Positions 30,401 through 37,397 of a stretch of 64,000 nucleotides of DNA are shown piece by piece. The translations under genes were made by a program, and so were the position numbers. How positions within the stretch are numbered: the first letter of the stretch is position 1; every line of letters starts with the position of its first letter. The notes under the pieces are model-generated. The model was not told where the DNA came from, ran no database searches, and saw only the letters and a program-made list of their open reading frames with translations. This stretch comes from a virus: IMG/VR virus record IMGVR_UViG_3300025108_004499; one strand, given 5' to 3'.

Positions 30401-31683
30401 TGGTATGCTGATGTATTTTGTGTTGTTGGTCCTACACCAGTAACAAGCGAGATGTTCTTACCGTTATTGTATGTAATTGTTTGTCTATAAGCACCTGGTT
30501 CAATTGGAGCACTTTCAATAACTTCTTCAGCTTTTAATAGTGCGGCTTTTAAACTGCCGTATGCATAACCTAGTCCACGTCCTTCAAGTCCTACTGGAGT
30601 ACGTGCTTGTGTGTCGTCACCTTGTTTAGTTACAAAGATATCTTCTGTTGAACTGTAACTATTGTTGTCGACATATAATTTTGTTGCCGCTTGTTTATCT
30701 TTAACATCACCTGTATCAATACCTGATAAGTCACCTGGATGATCATGCAAGTACAATGCACCTGTCATATCATCACCTTGGCGTCTTACTGTTGCACTTC
30801 TTGGTAGTGTTTCATCTGTTTTGTAGAAGCCGTAATATGAATCATCGTATGCTGTGTCTCTTACAACATCAACACCCGATACTGATGTTTGTGTACCTAG
30901 TGCAATGTTTATCTTAACACGAGTAGTATCGTTATTGTTTTGTGCTTCTGCTTTAGATGCATGTAGACTTAGTTGATCTTCGTTTACCCATCTTACATAG
31001 TAATCTGTATTAGTTGTTAAACCGTTTGGTGCTGAACCTGTAGTTGAGTATTTCCATTTGGTTCCGTTAATACTCCAGTCAAACCCGTGATCACTAACTA
31101 CAATATTACCTGCTCTATATTCTGCAATAGTTTTTGTATATTCGTTTGCGTTTGCAGGTTCTGCTCTAGCATAAACAGGCTTGGTTGGTTCAAATGTTGT
31201 GTTTGGTGCATAGTATTGATCTTGGAATTTTTTATCTGTAACAATATCATTAATTGTAATAGCACTACCATGTGTAGTATTAAATTCTGCAATAGCTTGA
31301 GGTGATGTAGCAATTTTACCAATTGGATAAACTTGGTTACCGCTTAAAGGTCCACCTAGTATCGGACTTGTATCAGCGTTAATATTAGCACCTGTGTTAG
31401 TAATTGTAATATTAGTTGCACTTGAGTTGTCAATACTAATACCTGTTCCTGCCGAAAGCGTTTTAGCTAGGATTTCAGTACCTGTTGTATTACCAATTAA
31501 TACGCCGCCTGGTGTAATGCCTGCTGGTGTGTCATTGAGTGCTGTGAAACTAATTGTTCCGCCTTGCCCAAATACAGCATATAGTTCTGTGAAGTTCTCA
31601 TTTGCTTTACGGAACGCTTCACGTATACTATCACCTGTACCGTCGTTACCTTCTACACCTAAATAAATATCTTGTTTTGCCAT
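24481..31683 (-). CDS. 2400-aa virion protein (fibre/spike) with phycobiliprotein-like helical domains, beta-helix region and C-terminal chaperone-like domain
   Basis: N-terminal DGTGDSIREAF..NENF.EL; G.Y.E..P..VP..VSI.G beta-helix start; C-terminal YADLAENY..G.V...GVVS.NPA..ALQGRVPCKV; internal KCKRDVGY and TCERDVGL. Confidence 0.8.
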   Translation of the reverse strand: MAKQDIYLGVEGNDGTGDSIREAFRKANENFTELYAVFGQGGTISFTALNDTPAGITPGGVLIGNTTGTEILAKTLSAGTGISIDNSSATNITITNTGANINADTSPILGGPLSGNQVYPIGKIATSPQAIAEFNTTHGSAITINDIVTDKKFQDQYYAPNTTFEPTKPVYARAEPANANEYTKTIAEYRAGNIVVSDHGFDWSINGTKWKYSTTGSAPNGLTTNTDYYVRWVNEDQLSLHASKAEAQNNNDTTRVKINIALGTQTSVSGVDVVRDTAYDDSYYGFYKTDETLPRSATVRRQGDDMTGALYLHDHPGDLSGIDTGDVKDKQAATKLYVDNNSYSSTEDIFVTKQGDDTQARTPVGLEGRGLGYAYGSLKAALLKAEEVIESAPIEPGAYRQTITYNNGKNISLVTGVGPTTQNTSAYHAQTYLRENKRFIQKAVLDYVNDTFPNLSYNSTSVSNPNAEAILAQNKKFIQEEVTYWINHNVGNAGGAGIWNNFDYSSAKCKRDVGYIVDAWINDLSRGGNIETRRMASSYLAGMTNAVGSAGLGTVDQIAQTNAAIEFARDLVVNNVLSNSAYASKQGTFVVDDQNLSANSFQFYIGRSSYANTYVNGGTVTKADTTVLPVSVFAYDEATGIASITTVGNHGLSATDVVTIAGINVTCTFEGSTVAKVYPESLPQVVTSLACESGTGVNDVANRASTLTSVITDVISNGLTSLVAPEKPAIVDNTCERDVGLIIDGMIIDIGNGTNSNYNAIQAATRYFSTSSGARARISQGQETRAAMTKAKAIVNSVVQNIDLLTQSKRFAVESDNLATNIFQVDVGTSTVVHTYISGGTVTFGGNTYNISGFNYDNVTGKGIITTTSAHGLGAGDVVVLDAITFECTGYEGTKLYPTDYTTLIPQWFDSNINDVSTQVKDALNAKFDIILDILENGFQARNNYTLVEGSTYTIDFGNGAGNDSTDQGINTNVDILPGKIIVGKTSGARGRIVKYTSGIDLGGVAYDRCEVVLVEPRDFRIGEELEYGNGTKEKQITVHVETGIYYEDYPLKVPANVSIKGSDFRRCQIRPAPRISQSPWVNTYFYRDKLLDNLKITDYTGADLATPQAITISGSNQAGGVITVTPADNIAPTSWDGAWFYTDSGAVGLISNADGGSDFDVTLTTDILPNLSGISSGEWHIKQTVNYGYHYLTDPSNSASTPKLNNQMDVFLMNDATRLANMSFQGHGGFAQVLDPAGQVLVKSPYTQVCGSFSGSVNKQAFRGGMYIDGFSGNLETKITSKDDNYTLNVQSDAGTGLRIRKPQTPAPFFINGVRYQVDAVSEYDGGTGTAKLLINKLSNEGNGYTDTTFPQQIYVQTAGNRSMLANDYTQVNDLGYGLFCNNAALSEQVSTFTYYNHTAFFSNNGSEIRALNCSNANGNFGLVAAGSDPNETVDTITTLRNMQQPAKVFNDETNVYGFGTFAHTAGSFSIFVYDCDYMPYPNSLVDIYTTTGVTTYEVTATSIVTVPTSNIGGYTGATGPTGRKGANRPIYRLSVSGSTGLETAITGAHNPTASNDTSAYAVIRMNKNHLLDDLSGVTATRPSTALIYAENPSQVYRTISFNNQDADGTSLASDRFQVVMDSAFSHLNLTLRNTEAALNTYAGTGTTMGATAGDVVLAIEKLTSTQQARIDNNDMLFSFAGKTHIVANYTDRGSYATVELNDLAASNINSNNGLYTGSGIAADVRFSPAATRTIPLSLQDNEAGTITVGISTLRANGHDFDKIGTGGFNTTNYPSIIYGEPTISANQDAEVNERGKGRVFFASTDQDGFFRVGKFFSVDQGTGTVTFAASIAISNLDGLGFRQGVRIQEFSNDDTMADGDPAAVPTEFATEKFIEKRLHFDRDGVIIATGTIGPGAIARDGTTSITGDINAGSNKIYNHSDPTNPQDVTTKSYVDARTPFDTEAIGADIGNRVNNDILMFHGGLYDNHTVTGDVVFTSNGSNVATAAISSEVIVNGDVSPTAGILQSKLAMQAATTRADATGIAQSDLGLSAFDADDFTVTDGWVTLKASSVDFADLPDIAQNTVFARSATGTGDASAVTFADIVETGGSFTTTGVADRIVKTGADGSIDGQKFKLDNYDILDQTNLTMTMKTPGGATVFDTVGTVPSNTTTTLPGSLQIGSTSVTASFFQQNSSYGDPSDATQNSSRIASDWMYSSFIEAPGEKSTSSTGIGIGAGTGFSSAGEVAIVANNNTAAVVFKQAAMTPATNGGYDIGTGSLSFGTFYGTATAAQYADLAENYLADAEYEAGTVLVFGGENEITTTMYKGDRKVAGVVSTNPAHLMNSDLHGDYVTALALQGRVPCKVIGVVEKGDIIVSSAIPGYGMVQNDPLVGTVIGKAVGTKDGDEPGFVEVVVGRV

Positions 31684-31686
31684 CTT

Positions 31687-32010
31687 TTAAAATCCTACGC
31701 TTTCACCGCAACCACAGCTACTTGTGCTTGCAGGGTTTCTAATATCAAAGTATGAACCGAATAGTTCTTTTTTGTAGTCTATAGTAGACCCTAATAGGTA
31801 CATTACACTCATACTATCTATAATAAACTTACCATTTAGTAAGTCTATAACTTCATCGCCTTCTTCTGCACCATCTGTCATTACCCAATCATACTTAAAT
31901 CCTGCACATCCACCACCTTGCATTTGTAGTTTAATTGCTGTTTTGTCGTTATCTTTGAGTAAATGTGTCATTTGTTCTTTAGCTGAATCAGTTAAAAATA
32001 CTACGCTCAT
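31687..32010 (-). CDS. iscA: HesB/IscA Fe-S cluster carrier
   Basis: GGGCAGFKY and CGCGES. Confidence 0.92.
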   Translation of the reverse strand: MSVVFLTDSAKEQMTHLLKDNDKTAIKLQMQGGGCAGFKYDWVMTDGAEEGDEVIDLLNGKFIIDSMSVMYLLGSTIDYKKELFGSYFDIRNPASTSSCGCGESVGF

Positions 32011-32069
32011 GTCCTTCTCCTATTGTATTTATGCAATGCTTTATAATCCGAATGTAAATAAATACAATT

Positions 32070-32357
32070 ATGTTCAAAAGAATTGAAAAAGAAGTGCGTT
32101 TTTACGTTCGTAAAAGTAAGACTGGAAAAAGTCATACATACAAACGCATACGTAGTTATGCTCTATTCCAATGTGACGAGTGTAAAGAAGACTTTAAGAG
32201 AGAAAAGGGCAAAGTAGACCCAAAGCGTTTAGATAACTTCTATGTCCACGTTTGCCCAGATTGTGATCCTAAGCGTTTTGCTCAACGTAAAGGTGTTGAA
32301 CAGCGTAAGATATTAAACTTACCTGCAGGATCTAATATAAGGATTGACGAAATTTAG
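32070..32357 (+). CDS. Basic zinc-binding protein
   Basis: CDEC...CPDC; TAAATA 5 nt before the ATG. Confidence 0.7.
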   Translation: MFKRIEKEVRFYVRKSKTGKSHTYKRIRSYALFQCDECKEDFKREKGKVDPKRLDNFYVHVCPDCDPKRFAQRKGVEQRKILNLPAGSNIRIDEI

Positions 32358-32518
32358 TCTTCTTTTTTCCAAATAGTCCATGCACCGTATGCAATAGCCG
32401 CATAAGCCGCTAGTTTTGCAAATGGTCCTGCAATAAGGACTACTAGTCCTACTGCGATAAGAGCCGCTCCATCTAGTGATGTACGCTCTTCGATTCTTGC
32501 TTTAATCCAATTTTTCAT
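32354..32518 (-). CDS. 54-aa membrane protein (not in ORF track)
   Basis: MKNWIKARIEERTSLDGAALIAVGLVVLIAGPFAKLAAYAAIAYGAWTIWKKED with GGAGG SD. Confidence 0.7.
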   Translation of the reverse strand: MKNWIKARIEERTSLDGAALIAVGLVVLIAGPFAKLAAYAAIAYGAWTIWKKED

Positions 32519-32520
32519 AA

Positions 32521-32727
32521 TTATCCTCCTAAGATTTCTGTATGTTTGATAGAAGCAAAAGGTATAGGTTGACCGTTTTCGTCAACTACCATTTCGCCGT
32601 TTACCGATCCACATAGCATTTTACCTTTAGCACCATAATACATTGACGGTTTAATTTCTACGCCGTTAATAGCTCTTTTATAGTTTTTTGGTTTTTGTTT
32701 GCCTGCTGGTCCTCTTTGTCCTGCCAT
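32521..32727 (-). CDS. Hypothetical protein
   Basis: AAGGAG SD and TATAAATA upstream. Confidence 0.65.
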   Translation of the reverse strand: MAGQRGPAGKQKPKNYKRAINGVEIKPSMYYGAKGKMLCGSVNGEMVVDENGQPIPFASIKHTEILGG

Positions 32728-33797
32728 ATATCTCCTTTGGTTAAGTATTTATATAGTGCAATACTGGCTAGGTTTTTGCATTTAGACTCGCACATAATAT
32801 CTGCATAGTCTAAAAACTGTAAGGCCCAATCGTTAACTACATTGTTAGGATAGTAGTCACTGTGGGCTCGTAATTTTGCTTTCTTGTATCCTGCTTCTAG
32901 TAGTGCAGGCATGTTGGGTTTTGTGTTGTGTGCAAAGTCTGCAGGCAATGCTTCGTTGCGACTGTATGAATAATGTATTGTAGGTCGCACACCACGCCAG
33001 CTGTCTATTACGCGAGCAAATCTATCGTCGGTGGGCAGTATGTATTCACCTTCACGGCACCAGTGATGGTGTATGTCAAGAACCAATGCACATGTGTCGA
33101 CGAGCTCGAGTGAGTGTTCGAGTCCCCATTTGTTTTCGTCGTTCTCGATCGTGATACAGTTTCTCGCCTCCGGAGAAAGTCTGTTGTTGACTGCGTGTTT
33201 GATACCGGCTGGACCTTGCCTACCGGATATATGGACGTTGCATTTAAAGTCTTGGAAGGTACGCCCGTATCCCATCCACCTGATGACATCGGTGTGATAT
33301 TCAAATTCTTCTATGCTCCTCTCAACTATTTCTTCGTTGTCGCTCGCAAGTACAGTAAATTGGCCTGGGTGCATCGATAGTCGGACATCGAGGGCTCTTG
33401 CTCTCTTACCGACGTTTGCAAAGTTACTTTCACAGTAGGCACGTACATCGGGCTTCTGCCAAAAGTAAGACCAATCTGCTTGCGTATATACTGGTAACAC
33501 ATCGCTACCCAGTCTAAGCATACGTAGTTCATTTGGTAATCCTCCTACATAGGTAATAAGATTCATATACGATTGTATATTGTGAACCATGATATCCCAC
33601 AACCGTTGTTCGGCAACTTCACGTGTTTGTCTGTTAAGCCACTGTACTGTTGTGCTACGTGTATTTAGTGGTCGTTGAATTTCTTCTAGTAGTTTCTTTT
33701 TTTGTTCTTGGTCTGGATGCATATACTTGCAAGCAAAGCCGATACGTTGCTGTTGTGATTTCACATAGTCTCCTGCTGTTGTAAATTTAAGATCCAT
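32658..33797 (-). CDS. uvsE: UV-damage endonuclease
   Basis: RIGFACK, RLSMHPGQF.VLAS, IENDE, LVLDIHHH, IHYS, AHSD, CESK.K. Confidence 0.92.
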   Translation of the reverse strand: MDLKFTTAGDYVKSQQQRIGFACKYMHPDQEQKKKLLEEIQRPLNTRSTTVQWLNRQTREVAEQRLWDIMVHNIQSYMNLITYVGGLPNELRMLRLGSDVLPVYTQADWSYFWQKPDVRAYCESNFANVGKRARALDVRLSMHPGQFTVLASDNEEIVERSIEEFEYHTDVIRWMGYGRTFQDFKCNVHISGRQGPAGIKHAVNNRLSPEARNCITIENDENKWGLEHSLELVDTCALVLDIHHHWCREGEYILPTDDRFARVIDSWRGVRPTIHYSYSRNEALPADFAHNTKPNMPALLEAGYKKAKLRAHSDYYPNNVVNDWALQFLDYADIMCESKCKNLASIALYKYLTKGDIWQDKEDQQANKNQKTIKELLTA

Positions 33798-33813
33798 AAG
33801 TTACCATTTTCTG

Positions 33814-34506
33814 TTATACATACGTTTTTAATATGTCCCAAGTTTCGTTATAATCCTTTACATTATAGCATGTTCCCATATCGTTGTCAAGTATTATTTT
33901 CTTCAAAGGATAGTCGTTTCCTGCAGGATCCATACGATCACCAAAGAACACAAGTTCTTCGTCATCTATAAACTTAATTACTTGACTTTTATCTGATCCT
34001 TTTGGACCAATATCAATTCCTGTTTCACCACCTGCCATAGCAACAAGCTCAGGGAAGCGGAAGTTAAACTGTGCTACAATGTGTAGACGTTCTAAATTGT
34101 TTTCATCCCAATCAACATACTGTTTACGTTCATCCATTGTTGCATTACGTCCTACAACACTAAAGTTTATCATGCCAGGACGTTCTTCAATATGTTTACC
34201 TGTACGTAAATTAAAGTCACTTTGTTCTAATTTTTCTTCTAACCAATTTCTTGCTGTTACAGGTAACGTCCAGTCATTAGTATGCGTCTGCCTGCCATAA
34301 AAATTTACATCATTCCCATTACAATTAAAACTATACTTTGCACCAACAAACATATCTAAACCAACTTGTTCGATAGTTTTATCTCTATCACTTCCTGTTA
34401 CAAAACAGTAGTTCTGTATATTTTCTTGGAACCACCATTTAAAAACATTATTAATTTCTCTACGGCTTGGAGTAAGTGTGCCGTCTACATCAAATACAAA
34501 CATCAT
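33814..34506 (-). CDS. Eukaryote-type phosphomannomutase (HAD IIB)
   Basis: FDVDGTLTPSR, VTGSD, IEERPGMINFS.VGRN, FFGD....GNDY. Confidence 0.85.
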   Translation of the reverse strand: MMFVFDVDGTLTPSRREINNVFKWWFQENIQNYCFVTGSDRDKTIEQVGLDMFVGAKYSFNCNGNDVNFYGRQTHTNDWTLPVTARNWLEEKLEQSDFNLRTGKHIEERPGMINFSVVGRNATMDERKQYVDWDENNLERLHIVAQFNFRFPELVAMAGGETGIDIGPKGSDKSQVIKFIDDEELVFFGDRMDPAGNDYPLKKIILDNDMGTCYNVKDYNETWDILKTYV

Positions 34507-35408
34507 TTCCAATTCTCCTTTACCCAATTATCTTCGCATTGGTGTGGGTGTGGTTCACCATGGAATACTGCTACACATGTCTTTGGTAGTACTTTAGGAT
34601 CTTTCTTTTCTCTAAAGTTACGAGGTTGATTGTGTAATTTAACTAAATCGTTTCTATCACGCATTTCCCATTTGTAACTTAGAATCCATTCGTCTGGCCA
34701 AAATGCCCAGTCCTTTCTATTAGGTCCTACTTCAGCAAAAATCCAATCTTGGTCTCCGTGGAATCTACGCATATTCATTGCATGATCTTTCATGAAGTTG
34801 TCAAATACATATCCCATTGAACATGATTTTAGTCTAAAGATACTGCTGTTCATTCTGCTCCAATCAGATCGTAATGAACGATTGAAGTCACGTATAATAC
34901 AAAACTTATCAGGTTGATGTGTAAACAACTTATCAATATTTGCATTAATAACAATATCTAAATCCATGTACAGTAAAGTACCATCAAGAGGAAAATTCTT
35001 GTCAAAGAACATAGGCTTGTACCACCAACCTGACACACCAATCTCCTTTAGTGTAATGGTTTTGATATTTGCATCAATACCACGTAGGTCGTCTGTAAAG
35101 CAAACAAATTCAAAAGGCACTGTTAAATGTCTTTTGCACATGTTGTGAAGTTTATTGACATACTCTGATGAGTACTTACTGCCATGTTTTAAACAAACTA
35201 CATAATTTTTAGTATCTTGATTATGTACTTCGATAGTAGAGCTTACCGTTGGCTCTTGCGGAGGTATTACGGCCTCAACCGGGGGACTGCTTTTTGCTAA
35301 TTTTTCTTGTGCTTTCTCAGCTCGTCGTTGATCTTTTTCAGCTCTCCTAGCCGCACGAACAATATTCCATTGTGCTTTAGTGTACTGACTTTTATCAACC
35401 TTGGCCAA
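34503..35408 (-). CDS. GT-A glycosyltransferase-like protein
   Basis: CLKHGSKY..YVNKL, FVCFTD, GWWYK, YMDLD, NSS, GDQD, FHG.P.P. Confidence 0.75.
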   Translation of the reverse strand: MAKVDKSQYTKAQWNIVRAARRAEKDQRRAEKAQEKLAKSSPPVEAVIPPQEPTVSSTIEVHNQDTKNYVVCLKHGSKYSSEYVNKLHNMCKRHLTVPFEFVCFTDDLRGIDANIKTITLKEIGVSGWWYKPMFFDKNFPLDGTLLYMDLDIVINANIDKLFTHQPDKFCIIRDFNRSLRSDWSRMNSSIFRLKSCSMGYVFDNFMKDHAMNMRRFHGDQDWIFAEVGPNRKDWAFWPDEWILSYKWEMRDRNDLVKLHNQPRNFREKKDPKVLPKTCVAVFHGEPHPHQCEDNWVKENWK

Positions 35409-35410
35409 TT

Positions 35411-35860
35411 TTATGCCTCGTATATTGCCGAGTTAGCGCCGTGTTCTGCACATTCAACTCTTACAACATAACAACGGTTATCACTTTGTTCTCTAATTAG
35501 TTTGTCTGCAAAGTTAAAAGCATGTTCTGCAAACTTCTCTGCACCAACACCATCAAAGACTCTAATCTCTGCAAGGTCAAGTGCTTCAAGTTGCTCCATT
35601 ACATCCATGTGCGGATCTTTTTTGTCAACTGCTACTTTATGATCAAAGTTATCTTCAAGCCATGCTTTGATTTGTTTTAGTCCACCAAAGTCTACTGCCC
35701 AGTTCTTGTTATCTAATTCATCACATCCAAAAGTAAATGTAAATGCTAGACTGTAACCATGTAACAAATGACAGTGTGAATGACCTGCGTTTGGTTGTCT
35801 AAAGACGGCACTCAACCCAATGTTGTGTCCGTAATGTTTTGTGCTATAATGTTTTCCCAT
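35411..35860 (-). CDS. queD: 6-carboxytetrahydropterin / 6-pyruvoyltetrahydropterin synthase
   Basis: CHLLHGYS, VDFGGLK, FDH, GAEKFA, C-terminal E..ANSAIY. Confidence 0.85.
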   Translation of the reverse strand: MGKHYSTKHYGHNIGLSAVFRQPNAGHSHCHLLHGYSLAFTFTFGCDELDNKNWAVDFGGLKQIKAWLEDNFDHKVAVDKKDPHMDVMEQLEALDLAEIRVFDGVGAEKFAEHAFNFADKLIREQSDNRCYVVRVECAEHGANSAIYEA

Positions 35861-35881
35861 TATGTTCTCCTATAAGTATAA

Positions 35882-35921
35882 CGGCGGAGTATTTAAAGAG
35901 GGTCGACGCATAAAGTCCTCT
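35882..35921 (-). promoter_or_regulatory. Candidate preQ1/preQ0-type riboswitch-like element in the queD 5'UTR
   Basis: AGAGG-ACTTTATGCGTCGAC-CCTCT-TTAAATACTCCGCCG between a perfect promoter and the SD. Confidence 0.45.
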
Positions 35922-35935
35922 GTGTTAATGTACTT

Positions 35936-35964
35936 ATTATACTACAAATTGTTTAGCGTGTCAA
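35936..35964 (-). promoter_or_regulatory. Sigma70-type promoter for queD
   Basis: TTGACA-17-TATAAT. Confidence 0.85.
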
Positions 35965-36496
35965 GTGAAACATTATCCAATTTCCACTCTTTTGGCAGTT
36001 GCCAATCAGCTGTATTGTATATTCTAAATGTTGTCTTTGGAAACCATTCGAACACTTTGGCTATTTGATATATCCAATAACTGTGATCAACGGCATGTGA
36101 GTTAGCACTACTGTATCCTTCTGTGCCTTTGTATATATTATTAACTTTATTATTAGTACTATATAGATCAAATCCTATAACATTAATTTTATTGTCAAGT
36201 GTTGCACCTAGAAGTAATGCGTAAGGTCCACTGCCCCAATGAAAGGGATCATCCATTCTTTGTGTACCTTTTTCAATTAAACTAGGTAATGCTAATACAC
36301 CTAATTCTTTGTTCCAACGTTGCCTAGTGTATATATTTTTGTGATGTGTTAGTGCTTGTTTAACCATACGCTTGTCGCAACATACTAGATGCTGTACATA
36401 ATGATCTCTAAAGATTGCATTACAGCCTATTTTTTCTTGATATATTTTGTCAAGAGGTATACTACTACGGCTAGATCCGTTTCCAATTACTAACAT
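35942..36496 (-). CDS. MptE/DUF115-like Rossmann-fold protein
   Basis: VIGNGSSR, GCNA, SGPYAL, IGFD. Confidence 0.55.
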   Translation of the reverse strand: MLVIGNGSSRSSIPLDKIYQEKIGCNAIFRDHYVQHLVCCDKRMVKQALTHHKNIYTRQRWNKELGVLALPSLIEKGTQRMDDPFHWGSGPYALLLGATLDNKINVIGFDLYSTNNKVNNIYKGTEGYSSANSHAVDHSYWIYQIAKVFEWFPKTTFRIYNTADWQLPKEWKLDNVSLDTLNNL

Positions 36497-36504
36497 AAAT
36501 TTAT

Positions 36505-36984
36505 TTAGCGGGGGTCTACTTTTAGATAGATGTTATCGAACTCTTGCTTTTTGTGTGTTTTAAATATCAAGTGTACACATGTAAACTCGCCTGTCATACT
36601 AACACGATACTCGCCACCATGTACCATATCATCAGGCACTTTCATATGCCAACCATTTTCAACTCGCTCGCCTGGTGCTGTGTTTTGCACATAGCGTTTT
36701 GTAAATGTGTTTAGTTGATGTGAGTGTGAGCCGTCTGTTGCGTATGCTACACCATATGCGGCTGTGCTGTTGCATTCGTAACGCTTTGATCCTACCATGT
36801 AGAACTCTATGTCTTGGTCTGCTGTTACTGGATTGTTTGTTACGCTTATTTCTGTATCTGTAAACACAAATGCATTGTCAAAGCTCATGTACATTATACC
36901 TAACGATATAATTGTTACCATACTAAGTCCGCTTATCAGATTTAGTATTGCTTTTTTTAATATAAATTTTCTATTACTGTTCAT
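36505..36984 (-). CDS. Single-TM protein with extracytoplasmic beta domain
   Basis: Basic N-terminus, TM helix, two Cys. Confidence 0.6.
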   Translation of the reverse strand: MNSNRKFILKKAILNLISGLSMVTIISLGIMYMSFDNAFVFTDTEISVTNNPVTADQDIEFYMVGSKRYECNSTAAYGVAYATDGSHSHQLNTFTKRYVQNTAPGERVENGWHMKVPDDMVHGGEYRVSMTGEFTCVHLIFKTHKKQEFDNIYLKVDPR

Positions 36985-37291
36985 TTCTAAGTTCCTGTAC
37001 TTCTCTAGAAACTGCTTTAAATTCGCTTCGTACTTCAGACAAGTTCTTACTAGCTCTATTTAGCGTCTTTACTAGTTGTCTTATCGTGTAAATTGTCCAG
37101 AACCACCACGTTACTGCTGTTACAGCAAATAGCCCTAACCCTACATAAAATGCTTGTTCAAAATTAATTACACCTGTAGCAACTAAGATTCCGGCAACCA
37201 CCAGAAAAATAGTAGGGACTATCCTTGCGAATGTATCCCATCTCTCGACTTGGGCTTCTATTTGTTTTTCGTTTAATTCCATAATCTTCAT
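36974..37291 (-). CDS. Two-TM protein with C-terminal coiled coil
   Basis: Hydropathy pattern. Confidence 0.65.
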   Translation of the reverse strand: MKIMELNEKQIEAQVERWDTFARIVPTIFLVVAGILVATGVINFEQAFYVGLGLFAVTAVTWWFWTIYTIRQLVKTLNRASKNLSEVRSEFKAVSREVQELRNEQ

Positions 37292-37294
37292 TCT

Positions 37295-37328
37295 GCCTTT
37301 TGTTATCGGAGGCTCGTGGCGAACTCCG
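37295..37328 (-). promoter_or_regulatory. preQ1-I-like H-type pseudoknot (candidate riboswitch)
   Basis: CGGAG-TTCGCCACGAGC-CTCCG-ATAACAAAA-GGC; loop GCC can pair with tail GGC, 3 nt before the ATG. Confidence 0.55.
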
Positions 37329-37397
37329 TGTTACTCATGACTTTAGTGTCATAACGCATACTATTTAATACTTTCTAAGGGTTGATTAAATTGGAAC

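Noticed and set aside
17434-31666. Many plus-strand ORFs of 60-147 aa within the structural block, and similar ones elsewhere
   Set aside because: They are antisense shadows of long minus-strand genes, with no SD, no motifs and composition mirroring the real codons
32980-33480. Apparently GC-richer stretch inside uvsE with several overlapping ORFs
   Set aside because: It cannot be quantified here; the extra ORFs lack SD and motifs and follow from fewer stop codons
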